Positions 10,290 through 22,402 of a stretch of 64,000 nt of DNA are shown here, one piece after another. The DNA lies in contig MU053594.1 of the NCBI GenBank assembly GCA_013239625.1, positions 1,802,127 to 1,866,126 on the forward strand, written 5' to 3'. Both the position numbers and the translations under genes were made by a program. The stretch's first letter is position 1, and each line of letters opens with the position of its first letter. The stretch is from Lama guanicoe (lineage: Eukaryota). Below the pieces are notes generated by a model. It saw only the letters and a program-made list of their open reading frames with translations. It searched no databases and was not told where the DNA came from.

Positions 10290-13200
10290 CTAGTAAGAAA
10301 GAAAAACTGCTTTATTATGGAAAATAAAAAAGTGTATTCTGCTTTCCAGATCGGAAGTTGGGAATATCTGAATTTTAAATCAAAGTTTCGACATATGGTT
10401 ACTATGAAACAATCACTCTAAATTTTTGTTTCCTTATCTTTAAAATGAGGATAAAAATTCTAATCTGCCATACTGAGTGACTGTATGGAATACTACATGT
10501 AAAAACCTACGTGCCATAGACATGCAGAACATGAATCAGGGAAAAGGAAACTGCCGACCGCCTCCCACCTGTGCGGCCTGTTATTTCTCTCGTTACAACA
10601 TTTTTAATGGCAAATGTCATATCCTTTGCAAAAATTAGGAACTCAATTTATAGTTCAGACTCTACTGATCTGAGTTTCTAACTTTTTTTCAGTGAGCCTA
10701 TTTGCCTTACCTGTCTGTTTCAAATTCTTCAGGGTATAACTCTTTATATCCACTGTGACCCCATCTGTAAGATAATATTTTATTACACGTATTGTTAAAG
10801 CAATCATATGTATTTTAAAAACTAAGACAAATTAGGCTTAGGAGTGCATACACATACAGACACACGCAGCACAAAGAGAACAGAGATACGGAAGAGCCAG
10901 CCCCACATAGCTCAGTAATTAGTTGGCTACATTTTCTGTACTGCATACTGTCATTTCAGATACAAAGGATTCCTTCATCCACCTGGAAGAGAACTTGCCA
11001 CTCGTTTCCTTAAGAAAGAGTGAGGAACTCTTATTCTCTGCTCTTTAGCTGTGAAGTACTTCTTCAAAAACACTTCATAGCATAATGCTGTCTATATTTT
11101 GACTAAGTGGTGACTTCTCATCTATGGAGTTTTGGTTGCTTCGGACTTGCAGGACTGGAAAAATTAATGATGTGACTATGTTGTTTTGATGGAGAAAAGT
11201 ATTATTCCCTTGTGCAAAAGGAAGCTTAGGTTCACTGTGTGTGAATAATCCTTTTTTGCAAAGAAAGCATCTCCATTTGTGGATGTGGGCAGAAGGCGGC
11301 CAGCCTGCCCTGCAGACACTGGAGCTAGTGAAAGCTTACAGATGTGTCAGAACACCAGCACAAGACTGTTTTATAGTCTTTTTGTACAATGCACCATTGT
11401 AGTCTATCTTCAACTAATTATTATCCAAAATAAATTTAAAAAAAATAATAATAATGCCATAATGCTGTTTACTTTGGGACAACTTTTTTAAAATAACAAC
11501 TTAATTGATACATAATTAATATACCATAAAATTTATCTTCTTAAAGTGTATAATTCATGGTTTGTAGTATATTCAGAGTTGTGCAGCCATCACCACTATC
11601 TAATTTCAGAACATTTTTATCACCCCAAAAAGAAACCGTTTCTCCAGTCTCTCTATCCCTCTCTCTCCTATAGCCCATGGCAACCACTAGTGTACTTTCT
11701 ATCCCTAAAGAATCATATAATAAGTGGTGTTTTGTGTCTGGCTTATTTCACTTAGCATAATGTTTTCAAGATTCATCCATGCTGTAGTATGTATTAGTGC
11801 TTTATTCCTTTTACTGCCAAACAGTGTTCCATTACCATCCCATACATCACATTTTGTTTATCCACTCATCAGCTGACATCTGGGTTTCCACTTTTTTGGC
11901 CATTATGAATAATTATGCTATGAACATCTCTGTATAAGTTTTTGTAGGGATAATTAATTTTTAAAAGTACACATTCTCAGGCCAGATATCATTAATGGTC
12001 ACAAGAATTGAGCCACAAACCTGTCCGGCATGTTAGCTTCATAATCATGTAACTTCTTGTTCCAGGATTTAGCCTTAAGAAAATCGTCATCCAGTGCACC
12101 AGAAATTTCATTCTTTGGCCTCCAATAGTCGCTTTGAGCTTCTTCATCAAAACCATCACTACGCATCCGGCTAAATCAGTAAACAAAAGAACTTTTAGAT
12201 TTAGATGCAATCTGTGAGGTTACTTTACGGAACATCATGCATAGAACTCACTGAACAAGCTAAGGGGAGACCAAAGCAACCTGATCCTTAATGTTTAAAA
12301 AAAACTTTCTAAACATGATCTGTTCCTCTCTATTAATTTGTATAGTTGTTCAATGAAAATACAATCATCACTACGCATTCTATTGGAGAGTATAAACAAA
12401 ATGACTTCTGGGCCCTGGCGTGCTGCATCTCACTGATTCTCAAAGAAGGAAGCAGAGCATAACCACAGCTAGGGGCACTGCAAACTGCCCGAGACTTCCT
12501 GAAATACACCTCCTTCCCTGAGCCAGCAACGTGTCTATAGAAGTGCCTGTGCTTACGATATCCACTAACCACTCATTAAGCCAGCTAATTAGTTATCAAA
12601 AGTGTTTAAGGACCTCCTTTGTGGAAGGTACTGTTCTAGCTGCTGGGATATAAATGGCAATTGAGACAATCAGAAAGCTGCCCCTAAAGAGATTATGTTG
12701 TAAAGACTTACTCATCATGACAGGCATTATTAGTCCACTCTAAAAGAACACTATTTTGTTCCTGGAAATGCTACTTGGAACTGAATAACCAATATAAAAC
12801 AAATCATCCTCTGCACTAAGTACTTCTAAATTCTAGCAGGACTGTCTTCAGAGAGAAAATAGACTAAAAAGGTATTTATGCTAAGAGTCTGCTTGCTTTA
12901 CTGTGGATACCCTGAATATTTTCTTATCCAACGCTATTCACACACAGCCAGTAACACTCCAAAGTCCACACACTCCACAGGCACACTCACTCTCTTTAAG
13001 CATCTCACTATTAACTATTTCCCTGGGTGGCTTTAGAAATAAGCATTATTACTTTATAATCATTTTTCATAAACACAGCTCCACATTCACAGGCATCTGA
13101 GGCCCAGGAGATACTCCCAATACTCAGACATCCCTATCCCGCCACAGCAAAGACGACTAAGCCTGCATAGTCCGTCTGATTCACACTCAGATTATTAAGG

Positions 13201-15562
13201 TACTGCGAAAGGTTGTGTGACCTGGCGACAACAGTGAGTAGATGAGGCAAAGAAAAGGCTGAGAGAGACTGGAAAACTAATTAGGGGAAATATGTGTACG
13301 ATCAGCTAAGTGACCATAAGGTATCTATAGAAAAATCTTCAGTTAAAAGCCATCAAGTAAGGTCAGAATCTGCAGGATCCTTAATATTTACAAGTGTTCA
13401 AGTTCTCCATTGCAAATACATATAAAGAGTGGGGCCATATGCATCATAGCCATTACCTTTATGCTTGGGTCTAGATTTATGAAAGAGAAAAGGCTTAAGG
13501 ACTCACAAAACTGAATTCATCTATCTGTAGTATACCACTGTGTTTTTACACAAAAGTTGAGGATTCTGAACAAGATGAGAATTATTTTGGTTCTCAGGAC
13601 AGCAACTTCACCTTGAACTGCTAGGTAACATTTTCCTTTTGGTCCCCCGGTAAGCATCTTCCATTTGTTTCTCCAGTTCTCTTACTTTCCACATATCTGA
13701 TTCCTCCTGAATCTAGATTTTTTTTTAAAAGAAATAAAAATAAGTTACTAAAAACAACACCTTACACCACAGAAAAGTAACCGAAAATATAGTCTGCACT
13801 AATTTTTGGATTATAGGCTGGGTTATGATTGGAACCTGACCTGGTTTCTCTACAGTGGAAAAAACAAGTTGACCCAGTAAGTCTCAATCATGTAAAATTC
13901 TGCAGGAACAAAAGAGCTTTTAACCCCGGTAAAGACACACTTATCACCTTATTAATTAAGCAATTTTGCTGCAATTAGCCAATGATCACCTCTTACGTTT
14001 CTAAAATGCTTTATGACTTTAATTGTATCACCTCTATTGAAACTTAAGCAATTTTATGAGGAAAGCAAAGCAGGTACATTACTGTATTTCACTAAGAAAC
14101 AAAAGCTCAGAGATTTTACCAAAGTCAAAAAGCTAGTAAGGACAGGTCCTTAAACTTTCTAGGCAAAGTCTCTTTCCACAACATAATTTTTATTAAAAAC
14201 AAAGCAAAACAAAACTAACAGTATGAGAACTTTTGGAGAATTTCCTGAATAGCAGAGTACAGCCTTGCAAAGAACAATGATGTTTTATTTCTAGGTCCTC
14301 CTAAAATATTTTGTTAGATTTGTGCTAGATTTATCTTTTTTTAACCACCCCTTTCAAATCTAAGCTCACCATTCAACTAGCAGTGGTTTAAGGCAATTGT
14401 AGGGGCTGCTTACATAACAGACTCTCAATCAAAGTATCAGGTGATATGACAGTAATAACATTTATATCAAACTCAGGGTTATACAGTTCACCAAAGAAAA
14501 CCAAACAAGGGTCCTTGGCCCTCTTTTCATTGTACATGCTCTCCTAGGTGACCTCACCTATTCTCATGACCTCTATCATTTCCTATATATCTGTAATCCA
14601 CAAACCTTTATATCCAGTCTCAACTTTTCTCCTTTCTTCTAAGTCTGAATTTCCAACTGTTTGGACATCCTATAAGGCATCTCACTATCAACATGTTCAA
14701 AACCAAATAGTTGCCTTTCCCATCATACTTGGCTATTTCCTTTTGTTCCCTCTCTCAATTAATGGCATCATCATCATTCACACAGTCACACAAGGTGGAT
14801 GTATTTGATTCTATAATTATCACTATCATCCAACCCAGTCATCAAGTTCTTCAGACTCTATTGCCTAAATTCCTCATCTTCATCCCTGCTGTCACTGCTT
14901 TCATGCGAATCCTCCATCATCTCTCAGCTAGCAAATCATCTTTCTAAAATACAAGTATGATCATGTCACAACCCACTTAAAAAATTTGATGATTTCTTTA
15001 TTGCGTAGAGGAAAAAGTCTAATTTCCAAGTATCACAGTCCAACTCTAATTTGCCACTTAGGGCTCATTTTCTGCCACTATCCCCCTCCCCAATTCTCAA
15101 TTTTCTGGATGCACACAATCTCTTGCCACGCCCCAAGTGCTCCATACTCCATGCTCCTTCTTGCCATATGTTAGTACATGATGTTCTCTCTGTCCTGAAT
15201 GATCTTTACACCTGGTAAACTTGAGCCTGTTCCATCCAGAACTACTTCAAATATCAGCAGCTCAAAACCCACCCATTCTGTTGAAGGCTTTCCTAATTTC
15301 CCAAGGCAGATTTCATTATTCCTTTCTCAGTGCATGAAACCATTTTGTATGTGTCTCTATTATAAATACCTACCAAACTGTATTCTAATTATCTGTTTTA
15401 TTTACCTTTGTATCTCCCAACTGTACCAACATAATTTGTGGTACACTGTATGCCCTCATTAAGTGTGAGGAATAACTAAGCTGTACTTCTCACCTTATTG
15501 TGAGCATCTGTGTGTCGGATGACATTCCTCAGGAGGACCTTCCCCAAAGGAACTCGCGACAT
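9782..15562 (-). CDS. NKAPD1: NKAP domain-containing protein 1 (C11orf57), 5 coding exons, 293 aa (292 with the distal NAGNAG acceptor)
   Basis: Exons 15562-15494, 13712-13612, 12170-12021, 10764-10711, 10289-9782 total 882 nt in frame: [32 protein letters not shown]...DRWGHSGYKELYPEEFETD...Lys/Ser-rich tail...RSAESSEDD*. Confidence 0.96.
10711..10764 (-). CDS. NKAPD1: NKAPD1 coding exon 4
   Basis: WGHSGYKELYPEEFETD; 54 nt; AG/GTAAGG. Confidence 0.93.
11485..11950 (-). mobile_element. L1 3'-end fragment (L1M-type)
   Basis: tttcacttagcataatgttttcaagattcatccatgctgtag... is typical antisense L1 3' sequence. Confidence 0.8.
12021..12170 (-). CDS. NKAPD1: NKAPD1 coding exon 3
   Basis: RMRSDGFDEEAQSDYWRPKNEISG...YEANMPD; AG/GT boundaries. 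Confidence 0.93.
13612..13712 (-). CDS. NKAPD1: NKAPD1 coding exon 2
   Basis: [35 protein letters not shown]/GT boundaries. Confidence 0.93.
14510..15475 (+). mobile_element. L2 relic
   Basis: L2-like motifs (ctcctaggtgacctcacc, ttttctaaaatacaagtatgatcatgtcac). Confidence 0.55.
15494..15562 (-). CDS. NKAPD1: NKAPD1 first coding exon
   Basis: [23 protein letters not shown], donor GTGAGA; candidate acceptor 8 nt upstream of the ATG. Confidence 0.93.
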
Positions 15563-16269
15563 TCTTCAATCTGAAATGAATCAATAAACAGCATTTAATG
15601 ATAATTTACTTTATTACCTTATCTGTTGTTACTATGTTATAATGAAGCATGAGATAAAGGAAAGATCACTGAAGTCACAGGTCCTGAGAAATAGTTTTTC
15701 CTTCACCATTAAGAGGAGAAAACACCTGACCACACTCAAAATAACATGAGGATGAAGGGAGATAATGTACACTGGAGTTCTTTGAAACTGCACAAAATTA
15801 AGTGCTTTCAAGAGCATCATTTTATTTAATCCTCAAAATAAGTCTATGTTTTATGAGAGGCAAGTATCTTCATTCCTATTTTGTAAATGAAATATCCTTA
15901 AAGCTATAACTTGCCCCAGGCCACACAGTCCAAGGCAAACAAAGTCCAGATTAGAAATCAACTCTCTAATCCCAAAATTAGTTTTCAATTAAGTAAATAC
16001 CTAGATTTGAGAGTGTCACGTACCACAAATGTCAACAATAACAAAAACTGACACATAAAAACATCAAATGCAGAGATACCCTAAATGTCTCCACTCAAAG
16101 GAATTTCATGTTCTATTCTGTATTTAAGCCTCCAAGAAAACAGATGACGGGGATATTCACCCGTGTAGCCAGCAGGGGCTTTGTGCAACCACCCCACCGC
16201 TCACTCACCCCTCCATCCTGAGGAAATCAGGCATCTTGTTAGTGTGAGACGAAGAACCACTCCATTACA

Positions 16270-17170
16270 AGATCTCCTCCGACCCGGGAAACCAAGGAGT
16301 CAGGGCTCAAAAGCAGCTCTGCAGCTTCACCCAAGTCCTTTGTGAAAACGCAGCCTTCCCACCGGTTATTCCGCCCTCACCCGTGGTCCAGGCCACGGCC
16401 GCCTTTCCCCCAGCCCAGACCGACCGGCAGATTTCTCTCCGGACTGAGGCCGGAGGCTGCTCCGGCGTGGAATCCGGGCGGCCGGGTTGGCTGGGGCATT
16501 CCCCGCTCCCGCTCCTCTGGGACGGACCCGGGGATTGGGTTTCGCTCCCCAAAAGGATGGGGACGTTTTGGACAGGTTAGATACTCGACTGGGCCGCAAA
16601 AAGTAACTAGAGTGGCTGAAGGGGGGGTTGAGGCTTCCGAGTGGAAGACAGAGAAAATACCCCCATCTTCGTCACCGGGATCCCTGCCCCTCAGCGGCCA
16701 CGGAGCGCCCGGTAACCTTCCCTCCAAACGCCCTCCCCACACAAATACACACAAACACACCCATACCGTGCGCCGCAGCCTCGCGTGGCGGGGGTGTGGG
16801 GAGGAAGCGGTCTGGGAGAAGCGGGAGCCGACTTCCGTTTCGGGCCGGAAGTCGTGCTGCTGAGAAATTCTTCCCACCAACAGGAGTCCCAGAGACTCCC
16901 ACAGGGAGGATTTCCAGGGCACTCTAGAGGTCGACAGGTGCAGAAAGGAAGGCGGGCGCCTTCCTGGAAAAGCAGTGGGTCGGACTTGGCTGAAAAGCTA
17001 GCTCAGTAGCAGAAGGAGAAGATGCGGAACTGAGTGTAAAAAATCTTTCTTCCTGGAGCTTCCCGGACCCAATTAGATGTTGTACCAGTGTGGTTACCCT
17101 GGTGACAGGCGTCGCGGTTTATCTAGGAACCAAGAGAAGAGGTGGATTCGCAGGCCGCTGGAAGGATTCA
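16270..17170. promoter_or_regulatory. CpG island / bidirectional NKAPD1-PIH1D2 promoter with non-coding first exons
   Basis: CpG-rich, between the divergent NKAPD1 (ATG 15562) and PIH1D2 (ATG 18244). Both ATG-bearing exons have an upstream acceptor, which implies non-coding first exons here. Inverted ETS pair at 16829-16854. Confidence 0.85.
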
Positions 17171-18243
17171 GTCTAACCCTAGTACAGTATTCGAAGGACC
17201 CAGACCTCTTCTTTTCCTCATCCTGTGGATGTTCTGGTACACCTCTCAATTGGGGGAGGGGAGTGGGAGGGAGGTTATCTCAAAACGTAGCGAGAATATT
17301 ATTATTCACATGTAAAGCTTATCAAATGTTGCAGCCTCTCTGTATTAATCCTCACGATAACCCTGTAAGAGGTATTATCGTCTTTGTTCTGAAGAGAGTA
17401 AACTGAGGCACATACATAATTAATTGCTTCAGGTCACACAGCTAGTAAGAGAGAGAACCAAGACTGGAGTCTAGGCATTCTGACTCAAGAGTTCATGCTT
17501 TTAACTACTAAACTATGCTGAGAATTGAGGTAGTCTCATTTGGCCCTCAATTCACAGCACATCCCTAGAAAATTCAGGAACTCGATAGGCCCCAGTCAGC
17601 CAATACCCAGGTGCTGGAACTGGAAAATCCCAGGAAATCCAGGGTTAAATAACTACTCTGGCCCCTCAGGGTTTGTGAGGGTCTAGGCAGAGGTAAGGCC
17701 TTATTATCTGAGAGGACATCTTGAGAATGTAGGAGAGAGTACCAGATAATTGGAGAATAAGGGAAAGATATAGTGGTGGTGAGCCCCACTCTTACAGACA
17801 CAGGTGTCAAGGATAGCTGCTAACGTCAGCAAAACAGTTCCTGACCTGTTCCTCCTCTCCCCAGAGAATAAATGAATCAATAGAAATTTTTTCCCTCTAA
17901 GTTATGTCTTTCCACAGACTTAAGAGGCCTTTTCATCTCTGGTTTTCGATATTTGGGGGAGGTGAAAAATATATCTATATTGATGTCATGTTACTGGTTC
18001 AAATATATATCCAGGGATTTTAGGGTTTAAAAATTAAAGTTTGGAGCAAAATCAAGGATAATACCAGATTCTACTTTAATATTATTGAGCAAACCTATTA
18101 TCTCTTTAATTTAAACAATATGAATATCACAATTATACAAAGCATCACTATTTGTCTTGTGTTGTTTTTATTTGGCAAAGTAAACAACCATAAATACTTT
18201 CTTCTCTGTTGATAGAAAAAAAAGAGGCCTATTCATCTCAATC

Positions 18244-18420
18244 ATGGAGTCATCATCAAAGGGTCTGCTCACCCAAGTTACTCAATTCTGGAACCTCCTA
18301 GATGATCTGGCTGAAAATAACCCTGAAAGCTATGAGAAGTTCATTCAGCAGCAGCTGAAAGAGGGGAAACAGCTCTGTGTTGCGCCAGAACCACAGCTCT
18401 GTCTACAAACCAAGATCCTG
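18244..18420 (+). CDS. PIH1D2: PIH1D2 first coding exon
   Basis: ATG 18244, ...LQTKIL|gtatgt; acceptor ends at 18215. Confidence 0.94.
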
Positions 18421-21400
18421 GTATGTAAAGTTGGTGCCAAGGGAAAGGGAAGTCCTGAATGAAATGATCCTGGAATAATCAGAGAATGGCTTGCCATCAG
18501 CTACTGCTACTTTAACACAAGAAAACTTGAGGGAAACTGCCGATCTAAATGGAAATCCAAACATAGCATGGAAGATTCTGTTGAAGGAGTAAGAATGGGA
18601 CATTCATATTTGACGTATTTTGGGCTCTCAAAGTGAACCATTTTTCTGCTAGGATGAAAATTAAAAGTAATGTAGTGTTTTAATAGAGAACAATAGAGTT
18701 GGAGATTTTTCAAGTAAAGAGAATTTATTTGGTTGGGGAGGTAAGGAATTTGTGAAATGAAATTTAAAAATTCACCTGGAATAGCTGCTTAAATCAATTC
18801 CCCCCCTCCCAGTTCTTAGAGGAGCAGCAACTGGATTTTTGATTGAAGAACCAGCATCTTTGGGAAACTCAGGTAGCACTATAATTTCTTACAGTTTTTC
18901 AAATGCAGTTTAATACATAGAATGACTTACTTAGAGCCTAAAATTCTTACTCTTCAAATTCTGGGATGAGTTACCTTTAGAATATTATTTAAAATTTTTA
19001 AAAACTAGGTTTTGAGATATGCAAAATTGTTTGCTTTCTAGAAACCAAAAGAAAAAACACTTTTTATCAACCTATGTCAGTGGAAAAGGATCCCAGCTCC
19101 CCAGTCAACCACTCACCCAGTACCTCTAAGTGTTGGCAGACCAGAAGATATGTCTGAGGCATCGGGTATGTAGAGTTATGGGAGACAAGGCACATTTTAA
19201 ACATTTTATTAGAAATAAGCATGGACCAGATTTTATTTGTAAAAAGGCACTGCTTATTTTATTTGGTCATAATGTAGTTAATGACTAATAAGTGTTCCTT
19301 TATGAAAACTGAATACTGTTTAACTCTCTAATAATTTGAGCTAACTCTAACCCATATAAAATGCCAAGAAATTCCCTAATTGGAAATTTTGTGTATATAG
19401 CACCATCATGATTACCTCTGAAAAATATAGGAATAGAATTTACACTTTTTGCAGCTTTATTAGGATATGGCTTCGTATATTACCTGATGATATTGTTAGT
19501 GAAGGAATTCATCTTCATTTCACACCCTCTGAATTACACACACAGATGTTTACACAGTCATCGATGTGGCCTACAATCCTGATGTTCTCCAGGCAGCAGA
19601 AAAGGACCAAGTCAAAAGAGATCAATTAATACGGATGGCCATGAAATGCATTGAGCAACAACTTCAATTCACTCTCTCAAACTCTTACCACATTGCCAAA
19701 TTTAGAATAAAAGGAAGCATTCACAGAATGAAACAAAATCTGATGAGAATCCATACTGTTCCCACAGATTTAAGAGAGCAAATGAGAAAGGGTAAGTTAA
19801 TAGTAAATGGAAAAATAGACTTATTTAAAACATTTTTTCGCATCCTGTGTACGTTTTGCAAACTGTAAGTCTTGATTTTTTAAATTTATTTTTTGTTTTT
19901 AATTGTAGGATAGTCAATTTACAATGTTGTGTTAGTTTCTGGTGTACAGCACAGTGATTAAGTTATACATATATTCTTTTTCAGGTTCTTTTGCATTATA
20001 GGTTATACAAGATATTGAATATAGCTCCAGTAGGACCTTGTTGTTTATCAGAAGTCTTGATTTTAAAAGATAAGAAACTTAAGATAAAAAAATAAAGTTT
20101 AGATACTAGAAATATTAGCATGCCCTTAAAGATGTTTAAATCCTGCAAATTTTTTAACTAGTTTCTTTGGTTAAAGAGTCTTTTGATTTAAGATTCTCAA
20201 GCTAATTTAGCTGCAGCTTTATCTGCCATCTTGGCTAACACTGCATCTTTACAGCTTACCACCTGATGGTATTTCATGTTAATTTTGTGATTTCATCTCC
20301 TCCTCTTCTTTTCATAAAGAACTAACCCTTGAACAGATAAGAAGCAGTACTGTGAGCAATGCAGATCAGTTTCCTCAACTTTTACTGCCCCAAAGCCAAG
20401 CTTCAGGTAAAACAGAATGTCTGATAGAAGAGATTTCCAGTACGGAGATCCAAGTGGAGATGACGAGACCAGCCTATGAATTAAAAATTGTGGCAGATCA
20501 GAATGAGAAACCTCTGAAAATTGAATTAATAGTTGAATTACCAGGTGTTAATTCAGTCTCTCTCTGTGACCTCAGTGTTTCTGAGGTAAGTTGAATAGAT
20601 AATACTGTAAATTTGTATCAGTCACCATTCATTATATTATGCTGTAATAACAAAGTCCAAAATCGCAGTGGCTTAAAATACTTTGCTCATGTTACATGGC
20701 AGCTAGGCCTGCTCTGTTCCATGAGTGCTGCACATTTCAATACTCAGGTGAAGGCACAGTTCCCATCTGAGATACGCCATTCTCATGGAAGAAGGAAAAA
20801 TAGAAATGTCCAGACCACGCAGTGGACCCTAAAGCTTCCTCTCAGATAAGGCGTATATGACTTCTACTCACGTTGTATTGATGAAATAAGTCACAAGGCC
20901 AAGTCCTACACTGACAGGGCTGGGGAACATTCTTCTCACAGCTGGTCACTGGAAGCACATAGTCTACCTTAGCCACATCTGATAAGAGCATTGGAAAATG
21001 TGCCTTCATTAGGTGCCTAGTGGCTTACTCAGCGGTGTCCTGCCCATGGAATGTTGGGGTCAAAGGTCATTTTAAATGAGTTTTAGTCCAGGCTGGTTGC
21101 ACTTTATTCCTTTGATTCCAGTCGGTGCTGCAGCTTACAATTCTTTTTCAAGCATGTGCATTTTTCAACAGCCTGTCTCTTTTGATTTGATTGCTGTCAT
21201 GTGGCCAAATGTAAGGATTTAATAAGGTCCACCTTAATCAAGTTTTAACAAAGGGTAGAAAAGATTTGTGATTTAATCTTTGCTTCTAGGCAGTCTTAAT
21301 CAGCCTTTGTTGATAAAAAAAATTCATTTCTCAATTTTATCCTTTACTAGTTGAAAAGAAAAATTAGTTGGATTTTTCATTCCTCAAGTGTTAGAATTTC

Positions 21401-22051
21401 TGTTTATTCCCTTTCAATTCTACTTGCAAACTGGGAACTTCTTTTCTCAGCTCATCTTTTTGTAGTACCTTGTTAAATGTGACCAACAGAACCAGTGCGT
21501 GCTAACATTCCTGTTTCCCCACTTCTTTACCTAAACATTGTCTTTCAGATTATTGTTATAGTTTTATAAAAGGCTTTACCAGCATAATACATGGATCAAC
21601 ATCTTTCCAGTCTCCAATGTTTACCTGCTGTATGCAGGTTAGCCCCAAAGTCAATGCCACATAACTTAGGATGGCAATACCCATCTTCTGGTACCATGTC
21701 AGTTAACTTTTGATGTATTGAGCAGCAATATAACAACCTCAAATCTCAGTGATTGACAACAGCACTTTATTGCTCAGTACAAGTCACATGATAATAAATG
21801 GGATCCTTTTGTTATGAGAAAAGTGAATAACTGGGAACAATAATCCAGTAACACCTTAAATCAGGAAATAAATTTCTATTTTCATCTTGTAAAATCTCTC
21901 GTCTTACTATTTGTAGGATGATTTATTGATCGAGGTCTCTGAGAAGTACAGATTACACCTGAATCTTCCAGAACCTGTGGATACTGAAATGACAACAGCA
22001 AAATTTATCAAAGAAAAAGCTACATTAATCGTCACAATGCCATTGGTATAA
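18244..22051 (+). CDS. PIH1D2: PIH1 domain-containing protein 2 (315 aa, 5 coding exons)
   Basis: Exons 18244-18420, 19042-19165, 19546-19791, 20320-20585, 21917-22051 total 948 nt in frame: MESSSKGLLTQVTQFWNLLDDLAENNPESYEKFIQQQLKEG...KATLIVTMPLV*. All introns GT-AG. Confidence 0.96.
19042..19165 (+). CDS. PIH1D2: PIH1D2 coding exon 2
   Basis: KPKEKTLFINLCQWKRIPAPQSTTHPVPLSVGRPEDMSEAS. Confidence 0.93.
19546..19791 (+). CDS. PIH1D2: PIH1D2 coding exon 3
   Basis: VYTVIDVAYNPDVLQAAEKDQVKRDQLIRMAMKCIE...REQMRK; gtaagt donor. Confidence 0.92.
19890..20050 (-). mobile_element. Short L1 3'-end fragment
   Basis: tttacaatgttgtgttagtttctggtgtacagc...aagatattgaatatag; similar to the end of the 28540-29335 element. 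Confidence 0.75.
20320..20585 (+). CDS. PIH1D2: PIH1D2 coding exon 4
   Basis: LTLEQIRSSTVSNADQFPQLLLP...ELPGVNSVSLCDLSVSE|gtaagt. Confidence 0.93.
20613..20960. mobile_element. Old MaLR (MLT1-like) LTR fragment
   Basis: tgtatcagtc...gctgtaataacaaa...aaatcgcagtggcttaa...aagtcacaaggccaag motifs. Confidence 0.5.
21917..22051 (+). CDS. PIH1D2: PIH1D2 last coding exon
   Basis: DDLLIEVSEKYRLHLNLPEPVDTEMTTAKFIKEKATLIVTMPLV* (CS-like domain end). Confidence 0.93.
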   Translation, partial: DDLLIEVSEKYRLHLNLPEPVDTEMTTAKFIKEKATLIVTMPLV

Positions 22052-22257
22052 GTCAAGAGCGTCATGGATTTTAGATTTTTAGTGTTAAACTCATGTGAAT
22101 TATAGGACCTTCATTATGGGTAAAGAAATTTAGCTTAAACACTACTTTCATATTTTTCTGAGTTCCTTTTGATGACATTAGCTGTTACTGTTGTTGGGTT
22201 TTGTTTTTTTTTTTAAACTCTTTCTCCTTCTCAAACTTGGCATCAAGAAGAAACTAC

Positions 22258-22402
22258 GGCGGTGGGAGGGTGTATCTCAGTGGTACAGTGCATGCTTAAC
22301 ATGCATGAGGTCTCAGGTTCAATCCCCAGTGCCATTAAATAAATAAATAAAAATAAACCTAACTGCCTCCCTCCCATAAAAATAGAAACGTTAAAAAAAA
22401 AA
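22258..22402 (+). mobile_element. tRNA-derived SINE (Vic-1-like, camelid)
   Basis: A box-like tatctcagtggt, B box ggttcaatccc, (AAAT)n, aaacctaactgcctccc, A tail; similar to the three other copies. Confidence 0.85.

Noticed and set aside
16307..17406. ORFs up to 181 aa on both strands
   Set aside because: GC-rich promoter and UTR sequence; low-complexity Pro/Arg/Gly translations, many without ATG starts
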